Below are positions 57,522-63,566 of a DNA stretch of 63,566 bases, in pieces. Under the pieces are notes generated by a model, which did no database searches, was not told the DNA's origin, and saw nothing but the letters and a program-made list of their open reading frames with translations. Numbering within the stretch: the stretch's first letter is position 1; each line of letters begins with the position of its first letter. This DNA comes from a virus (taxonomy: Duplodnaviria > Caudoviricetes), in IMG/VR virus record IMGVR_UViG_3300036803_000058, positions 1 to 63,566 of that record; one strand, 5' to 3'. The position numbers were made by a program, and so were the translations under genes.

Positions 57522-58622
57522 CTATCGTGTGAACCCTGCGGGTGGTCGAGCCGCCTGTCGCTGGTCTACGAGAATTCGACCCTCGTGCTGGGCGGCGATG
57601 ATGTCGGCATCAATCGCTGCCCTGTCCGCCTCCGTGCCGCCGAACCTTCCGGTCGCGACATCGGTGTAGAACTTGAGGATCTGTTGCTGCGTGTAGACAG
57701 GCTTGTCGGCGGGCTGTGGCGGGGCCGACCTGGCGCGCCCGGGAGCGGCAAGGGACTCAAGCGTTACTCGGGGCTGCGCCGGTGCAGCGGAGCCGTTCCC
57801 GTTGGGACGCGGCTGGGGCTGTTGTACCGGTGCAGCGGGAGCCAGCTGCGCCCACTGCGGATCGAGGGCTGATTGCTCAGCGATGAAGCCTCTAAAGAAT
57901 GCCTCGACGCGGGGGCCGTCCCCCTTGTTCCAGGCATCCTGCATCAGGGTTTGACGAATAGCACCGGAGAAAACATCCGGCAAGCGCGACCATGCAATGA
58001 AGTCGGGATGGTTGTTGATCGCCGCCCACTGCGGCAGGCGCTCGGCCATGAACTCGTGCATGCGATCGTTCGCACTGACCGCCATGCGCCGACCTGTCGC
58101 TTGGAGCTCAGCTTCCAGACCGGTAATCTTCTGGAGCAGCGGCCGCTGGCTCTGCTGCGCCACGCGCTCGACCAGGTTCACGAAGTCGGGACCGTAGTCG
58201 GCGATCTCCTCGGGCGACAGCAAGGGCTGCTCGGGAGCCGTCGGTTGCGGCGGCGTCGCGCGGGTCGCGAGCTCACGTTCGAGCTGCATCACGCGCTCAG
58301 CCGAGCGCTGCATGTCCGAGCGATAACGGCCCTCGAACGAGCGGTAGCGCTGCTCCCAATCCTCGGACTGCGGCGGGTCCTGAGGTGCCGGCGGTGCCGG
58401 CTGCGGCGGGTCCTGCTGGGGCGCCGGCGAAGCCGCGCCGTTAGGGGGCGGCGGGTCCTGCGGTGCGTTGGGATCCGGGTCGGCCGGCGGCTGAAGCTCC
58501 TGCTGCAGCGCTTCCGAGCGCTCGATCTGGCGGCGCACCGAGCGCGGCAATGTCCGCTCGACGGCCGGATCGGTCGCCGGCGGCTTCGCCACGGGTGCTG
58601 CGCGCGTCACTTCCACTGCCAT
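57522..58622 (-). CDS. Putative scaffolding protein
   Basis: Directly upstream of the capsid gene; WEQRYRSFEGRY; C-terminal AQHEGRI. Confidence 0.7.
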   Translation of the reverse strand: MAVEVTRAAPVAKPPATDPAVERTLPRSVRRQIERSEALQQELQPPADPDPNAPQDPPPPNGAASPAPQQDPPQPAPPAPQDPPQSEDWEQRYRSFEGRYRSDMQRSAERVMQLERELATRATPPQPTAPEQPLLSPEEIADYGPDFVNLVERVAQQSQRPLLQKITGLEAELQATGRRMAVSANDRMHEFMAERLPQWAAINNHPDFIAWSRLPDVFSGAIRQTLMQDAWNKGDGPRVEAFFRGFIAEQSALDPQWAQLAPAAPVQQPQPRPNGNGSAAPAQPRVTLESLAAPGRARSAPPQPADKPVYTQQQILKFYTDVATGRFGGTEADRAAIDADIIAAQHEGRILVDQRQAARPPAGFTR

Positions 58623-58865
58623 CTATGTCCTCCGTTTGAGCTCTTCCCTCAACTTGATGCAGTCGTCGAGCTTCTTAAAAAGCTGTCCGGCCAGCTGGCA
58701 TTTACCCTGCTGGGTAAAAACCATGTCCTTGTCGGCGGCCACCAAGTCGGCTCTGAGCCGTTCCTCGAGATCTCCGAGCGCCCTCATCATGGCGTTGTAC
58801 TGCGGCATCGCCGCGATCTTGAGCTCCGCTGCCGCCAGCACGATCGCCGAGTAGGGGTCGCTCAC
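58623..58865 (-). CDS. Hypothetical protein
   Basis: 80 aa in the head module. Confidence 0.55.
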   Translation of the reverse strand: MSDPYSAIVLAAAELKIAAMPQYNAMMRALGDLEERLRADLVAADKDMVFTQQGKCQLAGQLFKKLDDCIKLREELKRRT

Positions 58866-58867
58866 GC

Positions 58868-59107
58868 CTAGCTCATGTCAGGGACCGTCGGGCCCTGCTG
58901 CGCCATGTCCTGAATATCCTGATACGTACCCGGCGCGCCAGCGCCCGAGGGCGTCATCTTGGCGTAGTTGCCGAGCGAGCGCTGGACGGGGCTGCCCCCG
59001 ACCAGTTCGCTGACGGCGTGACGGGACGGCAGCATCTCCTGCTTGCCGCCCTTGCCGGCGTGCCGCGTGATCGACGGCTGGCCGCGTGCGCCTGCTTTAG
59101 GTGCCAT
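58868..59107 (-). CDS. Hypothetical protein
   Basis: 79 aa. Confidence 0.55.
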   Translation of the reverse strand: MAPKAGARGQPSITRHAGKGGKQEMLPSRHAVSELVGGSPVQRSLGNYAKMTPSGAGAPGTYQDIQDMAQQGPTVPDMS

Positions 59108-59375
59108 CGTCGAAGCCCTCCAGCTGGAACTTGCCGCCGGTCGGCACCTCGTGCTTGTACGGCGCGTTGCTCGAGTCCATCGGCGGCGGATCGACCTTGG
59201 GGTTGGTCCCGGTCGACATGGTGTAGCGGCCCTTGCGCGGGTTGAAGCCGGCCACGTAGTTGGTGTCCCGCGACCCGGCCGACTTCGGCACGCGCGAGGT
59301 CCCGGTGATCGGCTTCACGATGCCGAGCTTCGGCGGCTTGAACTTCATCCCGCCTTGGCCAACTTTCGAGAGCAT
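59097..59375 (-). CDS. Hypothetical protein
   Basis: AGGAGG RBS. Confidence 0.55.
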   Translation of the reverse strand: MLSKVGQGGMKFKPPKLGIVKPITGTSRVPKSAGSRDTNYVAGFNPRKGRYTMSTGTNPKVDPPPMDSSNAPYKHEVPTGGKFQLEGFDDGT

Positions 59376-59384
59376 GGCTGCCTC

Positions 59385-59717
59385 CTAGGCGGGGCCCTGT
59401 CGCTGCGATCCCCGATTTCCGAACATGTGCGTGCTGCCGCCATGGGCGAAGCCGTCCTGGCGCTTGCCGGCCTGCGAGCTCGAACCGGGCTCCTGCGTGC
59501 CGGCGCCGAACTTGTTCTTGGTGTCGCTCGAATAGAACCCGGCGCTGGCGCTCCCGGCCTGCGCCTTCTGATCGCGCCGGCCGCCGCCCTGTCCGTCGAC
59601 CGCGCTGCCGCCCGGCGCCTGAGTGCCGACGCCCTTGAAGCTGTGCATCTTGGTGTCGCCACCGAAGCTGCCCCAGTTGCCCTTCTTCTCCGACGTCGCA
59701 TGCTTGTTTGAAACCAT
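59385..59717 (-). CDS. Gly-rich hypothetical protein
   Basis: AGGAGG RBS; internal repeats (GVGTQAPG/GAGTQEPG and GGDTKMHSF/GGSTHMF). Confidence 0.6.
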   Translation of the reverse strand: MVSNKHATSEKKGNWGSFGGDTKMHSFKGVGTQAPGGSAVDGQGGGRRDQKAQAGSASAGFYSSDTKNKFGAGTQEPGSSSQAGKRQDGFAHGGSTHMFGNRGSQRQGPA

Positions 59718-59734
59718 CTCATCCTCCTGTGTTG

Positions 59735-61945
59735 TCATCCGGCCGCTGCGGGCGCTGCCTGTGGGGCTTGCTGGTGAAGGTTTACACGAGGACCGCCCTG
59801 TTGGGCAGCCGGTGCCTGCTGGCCCTGTGCCGCGGCGCCGGGGCTCGCTGCAGCGCTGCCAGGCCCGGCCGGGCCTCCGGGTCCGCCTGGGCCAGGGGGC
59901 CCCTGTGCATGCCCCGGAGCCCCCTGCATCGCCGCATTGGCCTTCGCCATCGCCTGCTGCTCGTCCATCTCGCTGTCGCTCGGCACGATCTCTTCGCCGT
60001 CGAGGCCGATGGTCTGGCTGACGCTGCGCAGCACGCTGGCGCGGCCTTTGGGGCCGATGATCCCCATGTCGAGCGGGTTCGCGGTGATCTGAAGGAACTC
60101 CAGCTGGCGCTGGCGCATGGTTTCCTTCTGCATCGCCACGATCACGCCCTTGGGGACGACTTCCTCTTCGCCCGTCAGGATGCCCGTGCTGTCCGTCAGG
60201 AGGATCATGTCGAACAAGTTCTGAAGGTTGGGTGAGACGATGTCCTGATCGAGGTTGGCGCAGACGGTCTGGAGCAGCTTCGAGGCGTTGCCCATCAGCA
60301 TGGCCAGACCAGAAGAAGTACGCCCAGCGCCACCGCCAGGAGAATTGCCCGACATGTAACGCGGAATGGCCGAGATATCATCAGCCAGGCCGTAGAAGGC
60401 ATTAAAGACACCGAGGTTCTCCTGCGCGTTGGATTGCGGCTGGAAGAATTCGATCGCCTTGTCCTGCGTCCCCGACACCGTGGGATTGGTGACGTGCCAG
60501 CGCTTCCACGGGTAGAGCTCGTCGGAGTTCTCCTGGCCGGCCAGCCGGTCGTCGTTCACCACCACCTGCGGGCCCGAGCTGATCGACATGTTGTTGACCA
60601 CCGACCGAAGCGCGGCGTTGCAGACTTCCTGAATGTCGGAGAGCACATCGGGAATGCCGTTGCCGACCGGCGTGCCGGGCACCTTCTCCCAGCTGGTGAC
60701 GTAGTAGTTGTGCCGGCGACGCGGCGAAGGGTTCATCTGAACCTTGATCAGGTAGGGCCCGATCAGCCAGGCCTCGACCGAATAGTCGCGCAGATCGTCG
60801 GGCACTTCTTCGGTGGAGAACCCATACTCGAGCAGCAAGGTGCCCTGCACGTTGCCGTGGAACTCGAGACAATCGAGCAGGTTAGTCATGTTCATCGTCG
60901 GGTTCTCGCGGCTCTCGAGCACCGAGCGCGAGGCATCCGTCGAGTCCCAGTTCCAGATGAAGCCCTGCGTGCCGTAGTTGCGCAGCACCTCGCGAATGTT
61001 GGCGGTGTTGTAGCCCGGCAGGTCGAGGCAGTCGTTCAGATCAGCGCGCGTAAGCCGCCGTCGCTCCACCATCTGGGCGTCCTCGACGTCGGCGACACCG
61101 GGGCTCCACCAGATATCGAACGGGCTGACCCGCTCCCACCAGAGCCGGGGGACGCGCTGGGGTATCGCTTTGTTCCCCTGCCATTGCACGGTGTGGACCA
61201 TGCGAACGGTGGGGCCTTTCAGGCAACCGAACGGGAACAGCGGGACGTCGGCCAGGATCTCAGCCCACGCCTTGTAGTAATTTCCCTCGGTCAGGATCTC
61301 GTCGATCTTGTCTTCGGCGCGCTGCGTCTGGTCGACCGACTTGCGGCGCGCCGCATCCTGCGCCGACTCCATGAGCTCGCGCACGCGATCGCGCATCTGT
61401 TCCTGCTGCATCGGCTGCGGCGGTGTCGGCTGACCCGTCGCAGGGTCAGGCGGGCCCGGCTGGGTGCTCTGCTGGTACTCGATCATCACGACTTGCTGGA
61501 TCGCCGCCTGAACTTCTTCGGTGATCGTGGGGTCGCTGGGCGGGTTGAGGCCCCACGATCGGTCAGCACCGAGGTACACGTCGCGCAACAGCGCGGTCGC
61601 GCCCCGGCACTTGGCCGCCGTCAGTCGGGCATAGACCTCGGAGCCGCCGAACTTCCGGATCTCCGCCAGCTTGGACGGTTCGTATTGACCATTGAAGGCA
61701 CGAAGGGCACTGAGAAGACGGTCGCTCCAGCCAGCGATCGTGTTGCGATGCCGGACCATCATGTCCCACTGGGTCTTGATGTAGCCGGCGAGACCGGTGT
61801 ACTGCGCCTCGGGCTGCGGCGGGTTGCGCGCCGCCTTGTCACGCTCTTCCTGTTCCTGCAGTTGCTGGTTGGACACGACCCGCAGCAGCCCATACGGGTT
61901 GCGCGGCTGCACGGAGGGGTCGGCTGAGGCTTGTGGTGCAACCAT
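59735..61945 (-). CDS. Portal protein
   Basis: About 736 aa; GCLKGP, RVSPFDIW, GNGIPD, NNMSISSGPQ and RTSSGLAMLM motifs. Confidence 0.85.
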   Translation of the reverse strand: MVAPQASADPSVQPRNPYGLLRVVSNQQLQEQEERDKAARNPPQPEAQYTGLAGYIKTQWDMMVRHRNTIAGWSDRLLSALRAFNGQYEPSKLAEIRKFGGSEVYARLTAAKCRGATALLRDVYLGADRSWGLNPPSDPTITEEVQAAIQQVVMIEYQQSTQPGPPDPATGQPTPPQPMQQEQMRDRVRELMESAQDAARRKSVDQTQRAEDKIDEILTEGNYYKAWAEILADVPLFPFGCLKGPTVRMVHTVQWQGNKAIPQRVPRLWWERVSPFDIWWSPGVADVEDAQMVERRRLTRADLNDCLDLPGYNTANIREVLRNYGTQGFIWNWDSTDASRSVLESRENPTMNMTNLLDCLEFHGNVQGTLLLEYGFSTEEVPDDLRDYSVEAWLIGPYLIKVQMNPSPRRRHNYYVTSWEKVPGTPVGNGIPDVLSDIQEVCNAALRSVVNNMSISSGPQVVVNDDRLAGQENSDELYPWKRWHVTNPTVSGTQDKAIEFFQPQSNAQENLGVFNAFYGLADDISAIPRYMSGNSPGGGAGRTSSGLAMLMGNASKLLQTVCANLDQDIVSPNLQNLFDMILLTDSTGILTGEEEVVPKGVIVAMQKETMRQRQLEFLQITANPLDMGIIGPKGRASVLRSVSQTIGLDGEEIVPSDSEMDEQQAMAKANAAMQGAPGHAQGPPGPGGPGGPAGPGSAAASPGAAAQGQQAPAAQQGGPRVNLHQQAPQAAPAAAG

Positions 61946-61982
61946 AGCCGCGGATACTATGCCTAGAGGACAGGATCGCACA

Positions 61983-62477
61983 ATGCCCGACCAGAACCTC
62001 CGCACCGTCGTCACCGAGATCACGATCAGCCGGCTCGCCCGCGACATCGCCCGCGACATTGTCCCCGTGACGGACATCCTGAAGACCCACCACCTCTCGG
62101 TGCAGCAGTACGAAGGCATCCTCAACACCAAGATCTTCCAGACCAGGCTCGAGGAAGAGGTCTCGTCGTGGGCGTCGAATGGTCGGGAAAGGATCGCCGC
62201 CAAGGCGATGGCGATCGTCGAGGAGGGGTTGCTGGAGCTCTTCGATCTGATCCACGACCGCGCCCAGCCGATGACCGCCAAGATCGAGGCGTTGAAGTTC
62301 ACCGCCAAGCTCGCCGCCATGGAGAACGGCGCGACCGAGCTCGACCCTGACGACAAGATCGTGTTCAACATCACGATCAACGGCCAGCGCAAGACGTTCG
62401 AGGATCGCGCGGCCGATCCGGCTGAAGCGGCCAAGGTGATCGACGGCGAAGTTACCCAGCTGGGTAACACCCCGTGA
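61983..62477 (+). CDS. Putative terminase small subunit
   Basis: 164-aa helical protein upstream of terL; C-terminal IVFNITING...VIDGE. Confidence 0.5.
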   Translation: MPDQNLRTVVTEITISRLARDIARDIVPVTDILKTHHLSVQQYEGILNTKIFQTRLEEEVSSWASNGRERIAAKAMAIVEEGLLELFDLIHDRAQPMTAKIEALKFTAKLAAMENGATELDPDDKIVFNITINGQRKTFEDRAADPAEAAKVIDGEVTQLGNTP

Positions 62478-62680
62478 CCGTCATCCCCTTCCCGGTGCCC
62501 GAGCAGTTCAAGGGCAACGGCGCGCGCGAGGCGCTCGAGCGTGTGCTCGATACCGAGTGCGAGATCCACCCGCCCGATCCCGAGAAGGACTACGCGCTCA
62601 CCCTGCCCGATCGGCTGCTCGCGCTCCTGTGGGTCGAGGGCTACAAGATCGTCCCGCTCGAAGACGGCGACGTGCCCTGA
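62474..62680 (+). CDS. Hypothetical protein
   Basis: Coupled at both ends. Confidence 0.55.
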   Translation: MTVIPFPVPEQFKGNGAREALERVLDTECEIHPPDPEKDYALTLPDRLLALLWVEGYKIVPLEDGDVP

Positions 62681-63566
62681 TGGAGATCAACTTCGAGGCG
62701 GGCCCGACGTCCAGCGCGTTCATGGACTCCGACGCCTTCTTCCGATTGTTGGCGGGACCGGTGGGTTCGGGCAAGACCACGACCTGTCTGATGGAGCTCA
62801 TGCGGCGCGCCTTCGAGCAGCGCCGCTCGATGCAGGATGGATTGCGCAAAACCCGCTTCGCAATCTGCCGGCAGACCTTGAGCCAGCTCAAAAACACGGT
62901 CCTCAAGGACATCGTGACGTGGTTCCAGCCGATTGCGCAGTGGAAGGTTTCGGAGAGCACGATCTACTTCAACTTCAAGGACGTTAGGAGCGAATGGCTC
63001 CTGCTGCCGCTGGAGACGCCCGAGGATCAGCGCCGCATCCTGTCGTTGCAGCTGACCGGCGCGATGCTCTCCGAGGCGATCGAGACCGACGTCGATCTCC
63101 TGGGCCCGATCGCCGGCCGCTGTGGCCGTTACCCACCGGGTAAGGAGGGTGGACCCAGCTGGCACGGCATGATCGGCGACACCAACTTCCCGGCCGAAGG
63201 CTCGCCGTGGCACCAGATCATGGAGAGCCCGCCGGTCGACTATCAGGTCTTCAAGCAGCCGGGCGGCCTATCGCCCGGCGCCGAGAACCTGAACTACCTG
63301 CTGCAAACGCCCGAGACGATCGTCCTGCCGTACGACCATCCCCTGCGCCTGGCGCGCGGCCAGCTCTACTACGAGCGCCTGGCGCGCTCGACCAATCCCG
63401 ACTGGGTGAAGCGCTACGTTCACGCCGAGTACGCGCCGGATCCCTCGGGCGCCGCGGTGTTCCGTGGCATGTTCATCCCGCGCTTCCATGTGGTCGACGC
63501 GATCGAGCCGATCCCCGGCGCGCCGCTGATCGTCGGCATGGACTTCGGTCGCGACCCGGTGTGCGT
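62680..63566 (+). CDS. terL: Terminase large subunit, N-terminal ATPase part (continues into 1-677)
   Basis: Manual translation MEINFEAGPTSSAFMDSDAFFRLLAGPVGSGKTT...SLQLTGAMLSEA...DTN. Confidence 0.92.
   Translation, partial: MEINFEAGPTSSAFMDSDAFFRLLAGPVGSGKTTTCLMELMRRAFEQRRSMQDGLRKTRFAICRQTLSQLKNTVLKDIVTWFQPIAQWKVSESTIYFNFKDVRSEWLLLPLETPEDQRRILSLQLTGAMLSEAIETDVDLLGPIAGRCGRYPPGKEGGPSWHGMIGDTNFPAEGSPWHQIMESPPVDYQVFKQPGGLSPGAENLNYLLQTPETIVLPYDHPLRLARGQLYYERLARSTNPDWVKRYVHAEYAPDPSGAAVFRGMFIPRFHVVDAIEPIPGAPLIVGMDFGRDPVC

Larger units (their letters stand above)
2130..63143. repeat. Dispersed palindrome family TTACCC-N3/4-GGGTAA, 42 copies
   Basis: Core starts: 2130, 4109, 6293, 6319*, 7155*, 7914, 8437*, 8761, 10028, 10374, 11423, 12072, 12798, 13371, 14317, 15149, 16199, 16902, 17463*, 18186(N4), 19539, 20808, 21713(N4), 23075, 23912, 24865, 26912, 28486, 31337(N4), 32798(N4), 35814, 37843, 42168(N4), 44684, 46806*, 50350, 52915(N4), 56071, 56325, 58702(N4), 62452(N4), 63129. 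* = one mismatch. Confidence 0.97.

Noticed and set aside
61946-62569. 944-aa portal with N-terminal extension
   Set aside because: The extension is antisense to the terS-like ORF; the start at 61945 fits better.
63440-63566. Terminal repeat as a biological direct terminal repeat
   Set aside because: 127 nt is a common assembler k-mer length and the repeat falls mid-terL, so it is a circularisation overlap.

Overview
The window is a complete, circularly assembled GC-rich dsDNA tailed-phage genome of about 63.4 kb. The 127-nt end overlap falls inside terL. Gene content suggests a podovirus; an alphaproteobacterial host is a weak inference. Layout: terS-terL across the junction; a leftward accessory operon (0.7-6.1 kb: beta-helix protein, Gp49/66-family protein, DHH phosphoesterase, GIY-YIG-like protein, J-like protein); a divergence point at about 6.2-6.4 kb; a rightward early region of small ORFs (Gly/Ser-rich exported protein, thermonuclease, MoxR-like AAA, HNH, vWA-metallopeptidase); a replication module (PolA, M15 peptidase, PD-(D/E)XK, VRR-NUC, SNF2, SSB-like, primase-DUF927); and a leftward virion module (portal, scaffold, capsid, fibres, adaptors, internal proteins including a 2475-aa polyvalent protein). 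I saw no integrase, repressor, RNA polymerase, tRNA or CRISPR array. The main unexplained signal is 42 dispersed copies, counted by eye, of the palindrome TTACCC-N3/4-GGGTAA. They are dense in the early region and are also written into coding sequence against the codon bias. Two intergenic loci (11.2-11.4 kb and 14.06-14.32 kb) carry duplicated RNA-like structures with compensatory changes. All family assignments come from motif recognition, not database searches.
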